In this document: positions 1 through 9,586 of the stretch, in pieces
Layout: the number at the start of each line of letters is the position of its first letter
Position numbering within the stretch: position 1 is the stretch's first letter
DNA from: Bordetella parapertussis
GTDB lineage: Bacteria > Pseudomonadota > Gammaproteobacteria > Burkholderiales > SG8-39
Assembly (NCBI GenBank): GCA_945862265.1
Contig: CAMAXP010000002.1
Span: forward strand, 96,204-160,203
Direction: 5' to 3'
DNA: 64,000 nucleotides
Translations under genes and position numbers: made by a program
The notes under the pieces: model-generated
Databases searched by the model: none
What the model was told of the DNA's origin: nothing
What the model saw: only the letters and a program-made list of their open reading frames with translations

Positions 1-951
1 GGCAAGAACCAGACGCGCCCGCCGCTGACCCGCGAGCAGATCCAGGTCAACGCCGCGACCTACCAGAAGCAGGTGTTCAAGATCCTCGACCCCGAAAAGA
101 CCGAGATCATGTTCAACTCCACCTGGTCGGACAAGCTCGGCGCCGAGGGCCTGATCCGCCTGTGTGCGCGCTACACCGTGGCGCGCATCCTCGAGCGCGA
201 CGACTTCGCCAAGCGCTACAAGGGCGGCCAGCCGATCGCGATGCACGAGCTGCTCTACCCGCTGATGCAAGGCTACGACTCGGTGGCCATGAAGAGCGAC
301 GTCGAGCTCGGCGGCACCGACCAGAAGTTCAACCTGCTGGTCGGCCGCGAACTGCAGAAAGACTGGGGCCAGGAGCCCCAGTGCATCCTGACCATGCCGC
401 TCCTTGAAGGGCTGGACGGCGTGAACAAGATGTCCAAGTCCCTCGGCAACTACGTCGGCATCGACGAGGCCCCGAACGAGATTTTCGGCAAGCTGATGTC
501 GGTGTCGGATGACCTGATGTGGCGCTACTTCGAGCTGCTGTCGTTCCGCCCCATGGCCGAGGTCGGCGCCTGGAAGCGGGAGGTGTCGGAGGGACGCAAC
601 CCGCGCGACGTCAAGGTGGCGCTGGCACAGGAAATCGTCGAGCGCTTCCACGGCCGGCCGGCGGCGGAGTCCGCGCTGGCCGATTTCGAGGCGCGCTTCC
701 GCCACGGTGAGATCCCCGAGGACATTCCCGAGGTGACCCTGACCGCGCCCGAGGGCGGGCTGGCCGTGGCCCAGATGCTCAAGCAGGCCGGGTTGACCGC
801 CAGCACCAACGAGGCCATGCGCATGATCGAGCAGGGCGGGGTGCGCTTCGACGGCGAGCGGCTGACCGACCGCACCCTGAAGGTCGCTGGCGGCACGACC
901 ATCGTTGCCCAGGTCGGCAAGCGCAAGTACGCGCGGATCCACCTAAAATAA
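1..951 (+). CDS. tyrS: tyrosine--tRNA ligase, C-terminal 316 aa (5' end outside window)
   Basis: Frame 1 is open from base 1 ([13 protein letters not shown]...). Class I aaRS KMSKS loop ([10 protein letters not shown]), GGTDQKFN motif, and an S4-like C-terminal tail. Confidence 0.9.
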   Translation, partial: GKNQTRPPLTREQIQVNAATYQKQVFKILDPEKTEIMFNSTWSDKLGAEGLIRLCARYTVARILERDDFAKRYKGGQPIAMHELLYPLMQGYDSVAMKSDVELGGTDQKFNLLVGRELQKDWGQEPQCILTMPLLEGLDGVNKMSKSLGNYVGIDEAPNEIFGKLMSVSDDLMWRYFELLSFRPMAEVGAWKREVSEGRNPRDVKVALAQEIVERFHGRPAAESALADFEARFRHGEIPEDIPEVTLTAPEGGLAVAQMLKQAGLTASTNEAMRMIEQGGVRFDGERLTDRTLKVAGGTTIVAQVGKRKYARIHLK

Positions 952-970
952 CCTCTTCGAGGGGGACGCA

Positions 971-1774
971 ATGGCCAGCCTGCCCGAGTACGAGGTCTAC
1001 GCAGTCAAGTACGCCCACCACGAGCGGCGCTCGCACGAGAATTTTCTCGGTGGGGATCCGCATGACGTGCCGATGCCGCTGGACTACTTCGTCTGGCTGA
1101 TCCGTGGGGGCGGGCGCGAGATCGTCGTGGACACGGGGTTTTCCGCCGCGATGGCGTCCAAGCGCCAGCGCAACCACCTGCGCTGCCCGGCCGAAGGGTT
1201 GCGGCTGCTGGGCGTCGACGCGTCCACGGTCAGCGACGTCATCATCACGCACCTGCACTACGACCACGCCGGCAACCTCGACCTCTTCCCGGCGGCGACG
1301 CTGCACATCCAGGACCGCGAGCTCAACTACGCCACCGGCCGTTACATGTGCCACGACTGTTTTCGCGGCGCGTACGAGGTGGAGGACGTGGTCTCCATGG
1401 TGCGCCGCGTGTACGCGGGGCGCGTCCGGTTCCACGAAGGGGACGCTGAAATCGCGCCCGGCGTGTCGGTCCACCTGATCGGCGGCCACACCATGGGCAT
1501 CCAGTCGGTACGCGTGATGACGCGGCGGGGATGGGTGGTCCTCGCGAGCGATGCCTCCCACTTCTACGCCAACATGGAAGAGGAGCGCCCCTTCCCGATC
1601 ATCTGGTCGGTGGCGCAGATGGTGGAGGGGTATGCCAGGCTGCGCTCGCTCGCGGACTCCCCGCAGCACATCATCCCCGGCCACGACCCCCTCGTGATGG
1701 CCCGCTACCCCGCGCCTTCCGGCGCCCTCGAGGGGATCGTCGCCCGCCTCGACGTTATTCCAAAAGAAGAATAG
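971..1774 (+). CDS. MBL-fold metallo-hydrolase (N-acyl-homoserine-lactonase-like)
   Basis: 267 aa with the metallo-beta-lactamase zinc motif THLHYDHAGN and downstream GGHTMG. No signal peptide. Confidence 0.75.
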   Translation: MASLPEYEVYAVKYAHHERRSHENFLGGDPHDVPMPLDYFVWLIRGGGREIVVDTGFSAAMASKRQRNHLRCPAEGLRLLGVDASTVSDVIITHLHYDHAGNLDLFPAATLHIQDRELNYATGRYMCHDCFRGAYEVEDVVSMVRRVYAGRVRFHEGDAEIAPGVSVHLIGGHTMGIQSVRVMTRRGWVVLASDASHFYANMEEERPFPIIWSVAQMVEGYARLRSLADSPQHIIPGHDPLVMARYPAPSGALEGIVARLDVIPKEE

Positions 1775-1933
1775 GAACTGTCCGGATCCGGCGAATGCGG
1801 CACTGCACCTTCGCATCCGATGGTCGTTTCGCAGGCATTCGTGCAGAATGCCTCGGATTCCGGTGGGGGGCGGCTGCAGGTGCAGCCGGCAAAGCATGCC
1901 GGGACGACAAGCCAACCAATTGAGGAGATCTTT

Positions 1934-3067
1934 GTGAAACGTCGCTCATTTCTGAAGAAAGCCGGTGTGGGATTGGCAGCGGGCTCCGCCATTGCCGCTC
2001 CCGGGATAGTCAAAGCACAGGCGCCTGCTGGCCTGCCCAGCATCACCTGGCGCCTCGCCGCCAGCTGGCCCAAGAGCCTCGACACGCTTTACGGCGGCGC
2101 GGAGTTCATGGCCAAGCGCGTCGGGGAGATTACGGACGGCAAGTTCCAGATCCGCACGTTCGCCGCAGGCGAAATCGTCCCTGCGCTGCAGGTGCTGGAT
2201 GCCGTGCAGGCCGGCACCGTCGAAATGGGCCACACCGCCTCCTACTACTATTTCGGCAAGGATCCGGCGTTCTCCCTGGCGACGGCGGTCTGCTTCGGGA
2301 TGAACGCCAGGCAGCAGCACGCCTGGTGGCATTTCGGTGGAGGCTCCGAGGCGATGGCGCCCCTCTTCAAGGACTACGGCTGCGTCGCGCTTCTTGCGGG
2401 CAACACCACTTGCCAGATGGGTGGTTGGTACCGGAAGGAAATCAAGACCGTGGCCGACCTCAAAGGCCTGAAGATGCGCATCGGCGGCATGGCCGGCCTG
2501 ATCCTCGCGAAGATGGGCGTGGTCCCGCAGCAGCTCGGCGCCCCGGACATCTACCCTGCGCTGGAAAAGGGTACGATCGACGCGGCCGAGTGGGTGGGTC
2601 CGTACGACGACGAGAAGCTCGGCTTCAACAAGGTCGCCAAGTACTACTACTACCCCGGCTTCTGGGAAGGCGGCCCGATGCTGATGAGCCTCGTGAACGA
2701 CAAGAAATGGGCCGAACTGCCCAAGTCCTACCAGGCCGCGCTGCAGGCCGCCTGCGGCGAAACCACCACCTGGATGATGGCCAAGTACGACGCGCAGAAC
2801 CCGCCGGCGCTGCGCCGGCTGGTGGCGAGCGGGACCATCCTCAAGCCTTTCCCGCGGCCGGTGATGGAAGCCGCCGAGAAGGCGTCCTACCAGGTGTACG
2901 AGGAGATGAGCGCGAAGAGCGCGCACTTCAAGCGCATCTATGGCGACTGGAAGAAGTTCCGCGACGAGCAGTTCCTCTGGTTCCGCGTCGCGGAGAGCAG
3001 CTACGACAACTACACGTTCAATTCGAAGATTGGCGCGCCCGCTGCGCCGGCCGCTGCGAAGAAGTAA
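1934..3067 (+). CDS. TRAP transporter substrate-binding protein (DctP-type)
   Basis: In-frame GTG at 1934 sits behind GAGGAG (1923-1928). Tat-like signal KRRSFLKKAGVGLAAGSAIAAPGIVKA, and the body resembles TRAP periplasmic receptors. The ORF-track start at 1820 is probably too far upstream. Confidence 0.8.
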   Translation: MKRRSFLKKAGVGLAAGSAIAAPGIVKAQAPAGLPSITWRLAASWPKSLDTLYGGAEFMAKRVGEITDGKFQIRTFAAGEIVPALQVLDAVQAGTVEMGHTASYYYFGKDPAFSLATAVCFGMNARQQHAWWHFGGGSEAMAPLFKDYGCVALLAGNTTCQMGGWYRKEIKTVADLKGLKMRIGGMAGLILAKMGVVPQQLGAPDIYPALEKGTIDAAEWVGPYDDEKLGFNKVAKYYYYPGFWEGGPMLMSLVNDKKWAELPKSYQAALQAACGETTTWMMAKYDAQNPPALRRLVASGTILKPFPRPVMEAAEKASYQVYEEMSAKSAHFKRIYGDWKKFRDEQFLWFRVAESSYDNYTFNSKIGAPAAPAAAKK

Positions 3068-3081
3068 CTCGCCGGACCCGT

Positions 3082-3111
3082 AAAAAACCCCGCCTCGGCG
3101 GGGTTTTTTTT
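3082..3111. terminator. bidirectional rho-independent terminator between convergent TRAP genes
   Basis: AAAAAA-CCCCGCC-tc-GGCGGGG-TTTTTTTT. A GC stem flanked by an A-run and a T-run, lying between the stop at 3067 (+) and the stop at 3115 (-). Confidence 0.8.
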
Positions 3112-3114
3112 GGC

Positions 3115-4776
3115 CTACTTCTTCTCGGGCGTGCTGAAGTCCGGCGCAGGCGGGCTGTCTTCCTGGTCCGGGTCTTTGGCCTCGAAATCCGACTTCGGCA
3201 GCTCGATCTGGATCTTCGTCGCATCGACGTTGTTGCCCTTGTCGAGGAAAGCGGTTACCAGGCCCGGCCAGGCGATGACGATGCCCACCATGATCACCTG
3301 CAGCACCACCCAGGGGATCGCGCCCCAGTAAATGGCGGAGCTCTTGATTTCTTTCGGCGCGATGCTGCGCAGGTAGAAGAGCGCAAATCCGAACGGCGGG
3401 TGCATGAACGAGGTCTGCATGTTCACGCACAGCAGCACCCCGAACCAGATCAGGTCGATGCCGAGCTTGGCCGCCACCGGCGCGAGCAGCGGCACGATGA
3501 TGAAGGCGATCTCGAAGAAATCCAGGAAGAACGCGAGGAAGAACACGAACACGTTCACGAAGATCAGGAACCCGACCTTGCCGCCGGGCAGCCCCGAGAG
3601 CAGGTGCTCGATCCACAGGTCGCCGTCCACGCCGCGGAACGTCAGCGTGAAGATGGTCGAGCCGATCAGGATGAAGATCACCATCGCGGTGATGCGCATC
3701 GTCGAGCGGGAGGCTTCGGCGATCAGGCCGCGCAGCGCGGGAATCACCACCGCCTCGAGCATGACGAGGGCCAGGCCCGCGTAGAACACGATGAACAGCG
3801 GCATCCTCGTCACCCCGAGGAACGCGTTCGCGCCCTCCACCAGCCCCGCGGGCAGGACGGCGGCCTGCAGGATCACGATTTCCGGGAGGCAGATGGCCGA
3901 GATGGCGGCCCCCGAGACCCACCCGGCCAGCTGGCCGCGCCTGGAGAACTCCGGGCGATGCAGGACCGCCAGCACGATGGCCCCGACCGTCCCCATGGCG
4001 CCGGCCTCCGTGGGCGTCGCCAGACCCATGAAGATCGTGCCGAGCACGAGGAAGATCAGCACCACCGAAGGCACGATGCCCCACAGGCATTTCTTCACCA
4101 GCGGCCAGCCCGACAGCGTGCGGCCTTCCCGCGGGATGCCCGGCACCCACTGGGGCTTCACGATGCTGACGATGAGCACATACAGGCTGAAGAGCAGCAC
4201 CTGCACCAGGCTCGGGCCCCAGGCGCCGGCGTACATGTCGCCGACCGAGCGCCCGAGCACGTCCGCAAGCACTATCAGCACGAGCGATGGCGGGATCAGC
4301 TGCGTGATCGTCCCGGAGGCCGCGATCACGCCGGTGGCGAAGCGCTGGTCGTACCCGTAGCGCATCATCACCGGCAGCGAGATGAGGCCCATTGCGATCA
4401 CCGAGGCGGCGACCGTCCCCGTGATTGCGCCGAGGATCGCGCCGACCACGATCACCGCGTAGCCCAGGCCGCCGCGGATCGGGCCGAACAGCTGCCCCAG
4501 GCCGTCGAGCAGGTCTTCCGCGAGGCCGCATCGTTCGAGGATGGCGCCCATCAGCGTGAAGAACGGGATCGCAAGCAGCGTGTCGTTCGAGATGATGCCG
4601 AACACGCGCTCGGGCAGGGCCTGCAGCAGGCTGAAATCGAAGAACCCCAGGTTGATGGAGATGAACCCGAAGAACAGGCCCACCGCCGCCAGCGAGAACG
4701 ACACCGGGTAGCCCACCAGCATGAAGACCACCAGCCCGCCGAACATCAGCGGGGCCATCAGTTCGCGCGAGATCAT
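3115..4776 (-). CDS. TRAP transporter large permease (DctM-type)
   Basis: 553 aa polytopic membrane protein. It overlaps the upstream small-permease gene by 4 nt. Acidic, Pro-rich C-terminal tail. Confidence 0.85.
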   Translation of the reverse strand: MISRELMAPLMFGGLVVFMLVGYPVSFSLAAVGLFFGFISINLGFFDFSLLQALPERVFGIISNDTLLAIPFFTLMGAILERCGLAEDLLDGLGQLFGPIRGGLGYAVIVVGAILGAITGTVAASVIAMGLISLPVMMRYGYDQRFATGVIAASGTITQLIPPSLVLIVLADVLGRSVGDMYAGAWGPSLVQVLLFSLYVLIVSIVKPQWVPGIPREGRTLSGWPLVKKCLWGIVPSVVLIFLVLGTIFMGLATPTEAGAMGTVGAIVLAVLHRPEFSRRGQLAGWVSGAAISAICLPEIVILQAAVLPAGLVEGANAFLGVTRMPLFIVFYAGLALVMLEAVVIPALRGLIAEASRSTMRITAMVIFILIGSTIFTLTFRGVDGDLWIEHLLSGLPGGKVGFLIFVNVFVFFLAFFLDFFEIAFIIVPLLAPVAAKLGIDLIWFGVLLCVNMQTSFMHPPFGFALFYLRSIAPKEIKSSAIYWGAIPWVVLQVIMVGIVIAWPGLVTAFLDKGNNVDATKIQIELPKSDFEAKDPDQEDSPPAPDFSTPEKK

Positions 4777-5312
4777 TGCAGCGGCCTTTCGTAGTGGAGG
4801 TTCGCTTCCATGTGCCCGGTAAGCATCGCTATGCGCTTGATCAGTTCGGAGAGGCCCTGCAGGCTGAGCAGCACGAAGCCGACCGGCAGGAGCAGCTTGA
4901 CCGGCCAGCGCACCAGCCCGCCCGCGTTGGCGGAGATCTCGTTCTCGGCCCAGGAGTTATAGAAGACCGGCCAGGACAGGTAGGCCATGATCAGCGTAGC
5001 GGGCAGCAGGAACAGGATCGCCCCGAAGATGTCGACCCCGATCTGCTTCCTGGTGGACAGGTTGCTGAACACGATGTCCACGCGGACGTGCTCGTTCTTC
5101 CTCAGCGTGTAGGAGGTGCCCAGCATCACCATGGCGCCGAACATGTACCACTGGATCTCGAGCCAGGCGTTGGAACTGATGCTGAACGCGTAGCGTGAAA
5201 AGGCGTTCCCGGCGCTGATCAGGCAGGACAGCAGCACCAGCCAGTTGGCGATGTAACTCACGCGTTCGTTGAACGCATCGACCACCCGCGAAAATGCGAG
5301 CAAGGGTTTCAT
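4773..5312 (-). CDS. TRAP transporter small permease (DctQ-type)
   Basis: 179 aa with 4 predicted TM helices, translationally coupled to the large permease. Confidence 0.8.
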   Translation of the reverse strand: MKPLLAFSRVVDAFNERVSYIANWLVLLSCLISAGNAFSRYAFSISSNAWLEIQWYMFGAMVMLGTSYTLRKNEHVRVDIVFSNLSTRKQIGVDIFGAILFLLPATLIMAYLSWPVFYNSWAENEISANAGGLVRWPVKLLLPVGFVLLSLQGLSELIKRIAMLTGHMEANLHYERPLQ

Positions 5313-5466
5313 TCGTCTCCTCCTCCACGTGGCCGCGCCCCGTGATCGGCCCGGGGCTTTGCGTTCCGCAGGGATTCTCTACGATTGTGCGGGTTCGGGC
5401 AATCGGACCGCCATCGGATCGCCATCCTTGCGGCAGGCTGAACCGCGGTTCTGAGATACTTGCAGG

Positions 5467-6618
5467 ATGAGCACATTCAATTTCGACTCCCCCACCGACC
5501 GTTCCGGCACCCACAGCCTGCGCTGGGAGAAGTACAAGGGCCGGGATGTCATTCCCCTGTGGGTCGCGGACACCGACTTTCGCGCCCCCCCTGCGGTCAT
5601 CGATGCCCTGCGGCGGCGCGTGGAGCAGGGGATCTTCGGCTACACCTCGCCCCCATTGGAACTGCGCGAACTGATCGTCGCGCGCATGGCGCGGCTGTAC
5701 GACTGGAAGATCGCCGCCGACTGGATCGTCTTCCTGCCGGGGGTGGTTTCCGCGCTTTACATGGCGGCCAACCGGCTGACGCGGCCCGATCAGCACATCC
5801 TTTCGCCGGCGCCGGTGTACTACCACCTCTTTCGCGCCGCGCAGAGCGCCCCGCGGCCCTCGACCAATGTCCCCATGAAGCTCGCGGGCGGCCGGTGGGT
5901 CTGGGATGAGGCGGCCCTGGAGGCCTCGGTGCGCGCCGGGACCCGCATGCTCATGCTGTGCAACCCGTACAACCCGGGGGGCACGATCTTCACGCGTGAA
6001 GAGCTGTCTCGGCTCGCGGCGTTTGCCGAAAAGCACGACCTCCTGCTCGTGTCCGACGAAATCCACTGCGACCTGCTGTTGGACCCGGGCAAGCGGCACC
6101 TGCCGATCGCCAGCTTGGCGCCGGAGACCTCGCGCCGGACCATCACGCTGATGGCGCCGTCGAAGACTTTCAACATTGCCGGGGTCGGCGTGGCGTACGC
6201 GATCATCGAAGACCCGGCCCTGCGCGAGGCCTTTTCTTTCGACCTGAAGAAGTCGGTGCACGATGCCTCGCTTTTCGCCTACGAGGCGGCCGTGGCCGCG
6301 TACCGGGACGGCGGTCCGTGGCTCGACGCGCAGCTCGACTACCTGCGGGGCAACCGCGAACTGGTGGAGGCCACGGTGGCGCGCCTGCCGGGCGTCACCA
6401 CCGCGCACCTGGAGGCCACCTACCTTTCATGGATCGACTGCAGCGGCCTGGGCGTGGCCGATCCGCACGCCCACTTCCTTGCGCATGGGGTGGGCCTGTC
6501 GCCCGGCGCCGATTTCGGCGCGCCGCAGTACGTGCGACTCAACTTCGGTACGCAGCGGGCCGTCCTGGAAGAAGCGATGCGGCGCTTCGAGTCGGCCGTA
6601 CGCGCAGCGAAGCCCTAG
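5467..6618 (+). CDS. PLP-dependent class I/II aminotransferase, MalY/PatB-type C-S lyase
   Basis: 383 aa. N-terminus (DRSGTHSLRWEKY...VIPLWVADTDF) and SKTFNIAG (PLP lysine) are typical of MalY/PatB cystathionine beta-lyases. Confidence 0.8.
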   Translation: MSTFNFDSPTDRSGTHSLRWEKYKGRDVIPLWVADTDFRAPPAVIDALRRRVEQGIFGYTSPPLELRELIVARMARLYDWKIAADWIVFLPGVVSALYMAANRLTRPDQHILSPAPVYYHLFRAAQSAPRPSTNVPMKLAGGRWVWDEAALEASVRAGTRMLMLCNPYNPGGTIFTREELSRLAAFAEKHDLLLVSDEIHCDLLLDPGKRHLPIASLAPETSRRTITLMAPSKTFNIAGVGVAYAIIEDPALREAFSFDLKKSVHDASLFAYEAAVAAYRDGGPWLDAQLDYLRGNRELVEATVARLPGVTTAHLEATYLSWIDCSGLGVADPHAHFLAHGVGLSPGADFGAPQYVRLNFGTQRAVLEEAMRRFESAVRAAKP

Positions 6619-7211
6619 CAGCCGCAGAGCTTTTGCACGGCGCGGAGCACCTCGTGGAGGTGTCCTTCGCGCAGGCCCAGCGCCTCCATGTGCGCCACGG
6701 TCTGCTCCAGGTAGTGGCGGTTTTCGCCGCGCTCCCCGCATCCCTGGGCCACCATGCGCGCCGTCTGGGCGACGCTGAGCCGCCCGGTGAATTGCGCGTG
6801 CGCCGGATCGGCGACAAAGGTGAGGGCCGGGACCGTGCGGCGGCCGATGCGCACCGGGATCACGCGCGGTTCGTAGACGTGGTTGAGCATTTCCCGTTCC
6901 CACAGGATGCGGAGCGTGCGCCGGGCGAGGCGCTGCTCGACCCGGAAGGCCACGCCCCAGCACGATCCTCCCCGGCACAGCCCCATCACGAGCCCGGGGC
7001 GTTCCGGGGTCCCCCGATAGCGGTGCGAGTAGACGCAGAGGGAGCGGTGGAATCCATGGACGAGGGCGGTATGCCGCTCCGCGTAGCGGAAGTCGGGCGC
7101 CCACATCAGGGAGGCGTACCCGAATACCCACAAGTCCCCGCGCGGAAGCAGGTCCGGGAGTGCTGCGAGGTCTTTCGGCAGCGAAGCTTGAAGCAGTGTG
7201 CCCATCGGCAT
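6615..7211 (-). CDS. ChaC-family gamma-glutamylcyclotransferase
   Basis: 198 aa. DLWVFGYASLMWAPDF N-terminal signature of ChaC / glutathione-specific gamma-glutamylcyclotransferases. Confidence 0.75.
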   Translation of the reverse strand: MPMGTLLQASLPKDLAALPDLLPRGDLWVFGYASLMWAPDFRYAERHTALVHGFHRSLCVYSHRYRGTPERPGLVMGLCRGGSCWGVAFRVEQRLARRTLRILWEREMLNHVYEPRVIPVRIGRRTVPALTFVADPAHAQFTGRLSVAQTARMVAQGCGERGENRHYLEQTVAHMEALGLREGHLHEVLRAVQKLCGC

Positions 7212-7283
7212 CGATTATAGGGGCCGTGCACCGGCCGGGCGCGTCGCTGCGCTAGAATCCGGGCTTTCGCCCCTGGGGTTTCC

Positions 7284-8360
7284 ATGAGCCAGACCCGTCG
7301 CCCGCCGATCGTCGGCCGCTACATGCAGGAGGAAGTGGCGCTCGCGTCGCGCAACTGCGGCATGCCGCTCGAGGCCCTGCGCTACGACGTAACCCCGGCC
7401 GGCCTGCACTACCTGCTCATCCACTTCGACATCCCGGCGGCCGACGCCGCGCAATGGCGGCTGGCGATCGGCGGGCAGGTCGAGCGGCCGCGCGCGCTTG
7501 CGCTCGACGAGATCCGGGCGCTGCCCGCCAAGACCCTGCGGGTCACGCTCGAATGCGCGGGCAACGGGCGCGGCCAGACCTCGCCGCGCTACCCCTCGAT
7601 GCCGTGGCTGGAGGAGGGCGTCTCGACCGCCGAGTGGACCGGCACGCCGCTCGCCGCGCTGCTGGAGGCGGCCGGGGTGCGGCCGGGTGCGCGGGAGATC
7701 GTGTTCCGCGGCACCGACCGTGGGATCGACCGCGGCACCGAGCACGACTATGCGCGCAGCCTCACCGTCGCCGAAGCAATGCGCCCGGACGTGCTGGTCG
7801 TCTATGCGATGAACGGCCAGCCGCTGCTGCCGCAGCACGGCGCTCCCCTGCGCCTTGTCGTGCCCGGCTGGTACGGCATGGCGAGCGTGAAGTGGCTGGC
7901 GAACATCGACGCGGTGGCCGAGCCGTTCGACGGCATCCAGCAACTCGCGAGCTACCACTTCCGCGCCCAGGCTGCCGATGCCGGCACGCCGTGCACCTAC
8001 ATGCGCGTCAACTCGCTGATGGCGCCGCCCGGCGTTCCCGACTTTTTCACGCGCAGGCGCCTCGTGGACCCGGGGCCGGTCCGTCTCGCCGGTCGCGCGT
8101 GGTCCGGCGGCGGCGTGCCGATTGCGAGGGTGGAAGTCGCGGTCGACGGCGCCTGGGGCGAAGCAAGGCTCGACCCTGTGGCCGGCCCGTGGGCCTGGCG
8201 TGGATGGTCCTTTGACTGGGACGCAGTGCCCGGCGAGCACGTCCTCGCCTGCCGGGCGACCGACGCGAACGGGAACGTGCAGCCCGACGTACCGGCGCCT
8301 GACGTCGGCGGTTTCGGCAACAATGCAACCCACCGCGTACCGATCACAGTTCGCGACTGA
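7284..8360 (+). CDS. sulfite-oxidase-family molybdopterin oxidoreductase
   Basis: 358 aa. Matches Mo-co-binding and dimerisation domains of the SO family (TLECAGNGR; C-terminal Ig-like part). No obvious signal peptide. Confidence 0.7.
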   Translation: MSQTRRPPIVGRYMQEEVALASRNCGMPLEALRYDVTPAGLHYLLIHFDIPAADAAQWRLAIGGQVERPRALALDEIRALPAKTLRVTLECAGNGRGQTSPRYPSMPWLEEGVSTAEWTGTPLAALLEAAGVRPGAREIVFRGTDRGIDRGTEHDYARSLTVAEAMRPDVLVVYAMNGQPLLPQHGAPLRLVVPGWYGMASVKWLANIDAVAEPFDGIQQLASYHFRAQAADAGTPCTYMRVNSLMAPPGVPDFFTRRRLVDPGPVRLAGRAWSGGGVPIARVEVAVDGAWGEARLDPVAGPWAWRGWSFDWDAVPGEHVLACRATDANGNVQPDVPAPDVGGFGNNATHRVPITVRD

Positions 8361-8446
8361 GAAACCATTCCGCATAATGAACGGCAGCACAGCGAGGCGC
8401 TGAGGCGCGTAGCATTGCGGAAGAGAACCGTAACCAGGGGACGACA

Positions 8447-8980
8447 TTGAAGAAACCGACGGACTGGCCGCTGGCCATCCACAAGGTGCTTGCCGGGAAC
8501 GGTATCCGCCAGGTCAGCTATGTGCCTGACGCAGGCCACAAGCGCCTCATCGAACTGTGCCAGGCCGACAAGGCCATGCGCACCGTCGTGCTGACGACGG
8601 AAGAAGAAGGCCTCGGCCTCGTGATGGGTGCCTGGCTTGCCGGCGACAAGAGCGCCGTGCTGATGCAGTCTTCCGGCGTGGGCAACATCATCAACACGCT
8701 GGCGACCATCAAGGAATGCCGCTTTCCGCTGCTGATGCTGGTCACGATGCGTGGCGATGAGGGCGAGTTCAACCCGTGGCAGGTGCCTATGGGCCAGGCC
8801 ACGCAGACCGTTCTCGAAGCGATGGGCGTCGTGGTCAAGCGCATCACGACAGCCGAAGACGCGGAGCCCGTGGTCAGCGCTGCCGCGCGCCTTGCCTACA
8901 ACAGTTATGCCGCCGTGGCCGTGCTGATCGCACAGAGCCTCATCGGCATCAAGAGCTTCCAGGACCAGACCAGCCGATGA
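8447..8980 (+). CDS. TPP-dependent decarboxylase, alpha subunit (sulfopyruvate/phosphonopyruvate decarboxylase-like N-terminal half)
   Basis: 177 aa with a TTG start, resembling a TPP-enzyme PYR domain (ComD-like). Coupled to the next gene by an ATGA overlap. Confidence 0.7.
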   Translation: MKKPTDWPLAIHKVLAGNGIRQVSYVPDAGHKRLIELCQADKAMRTVVLTTEEEGLGLVMGAWLAGDKSAVLMQSSGVGNIINTLATIKECRFPLLMLVTMRGDEGEFNPWQVPMGQATQTVLEAMGVVVKRITTAEDAEPVVSAAARLAYNSYAAVAVLIAQSLIGIKSFQDQTSR

Positions 8981-9567
8981 AACCGACCCTGCACAGACGC
9001 GACGTGGTGAACGCGCTCCTCGCCGACCGCGGCGACCTGCTCGTGATCACCGGACTAGGATCCACCGCTTGGGACGCGACCGCCGCGGGCGACCACGACC
9101 TGACCTTCCCGCTCTGGGGCGCGATGGGCAGCGCCGTCATGATCGGCCTCGGCCTCGCGATTGCGAAGCCCCGCCGGCGCGTGCTGGTGCTGACCGGCGA
9201 CGGCGAGATGCTGATGGGCCTGGGGTCGCTTGCGACCGCGGGCGTGCAGAAGCCGAAGAACCTGTCCGTCGTCGTGATCGACAACGAGCGCTACGGCGAG
9301 ACCGGCATGCAGCAGACGCACACCGCCAGCGGCGTGAGCCTCGCGGCCATCGCGACCGGCGCCGGCTTCACGCAGTCGCGCCTTGTCACCGAGAAGAAGG
9401 GCATCGCCGCCCTGCGCAAGATGGTGTACGAAGAGGCGGGTCCGAACTTCGCGCAGGTGAAGGTGATTGCGGAAAAGATCCCCCTCGTCCTGCCCCCGCG
9501 CGAAGGTGCGCTGCTCAAGGCCCGCTTCCGTCGCGCGTTGAACGGCCCGTCCGCCGACGCGCAGTGA
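8977..9567 (+). CDS. TPP-dependent decarboxylase, beta subunit (TPP-binding half)
   Basis: In-frame ATG at 8977 overlaps the upstream stop. TPP-binding motif GDGEMLMGLGSLATAG...VIDN. The ORF-track start at 8776 is rejected. Confidence 0.75.
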   Translation: MKPTLHRRDVVNALLADRGDLLVITGLGSTAWDATAAGDHDLTFPLWGAMGSAVMIGLGLAIAKPRRRVLVLTGDGEMLMGLGSLATAGVQKPKNLSVVVIDNERYGETGMQQTHTASGVSLAAIATGAGFTQSRLVTEKKGIAALRKMVYEEAGPNFAQVKVIAEKIPLVLPPREGALLKARFRRALNGPSADAQ

Positions 9568-9586
9568 CCGGCAGTGTTCGATAGCA

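Noticed and set aside
1946-4794. Very long ORFs (861 aa on the minus strand, 822 aa on the plus strand) covering the TRAP genes
   Set aside because: They are antisense or out of frame to well-supported TRAP transporter genes. Their translations are Arg/Pro/Gly/Ala/His low-complexity strings, typical of stop-poor alternative frames in high-G+C DNA.
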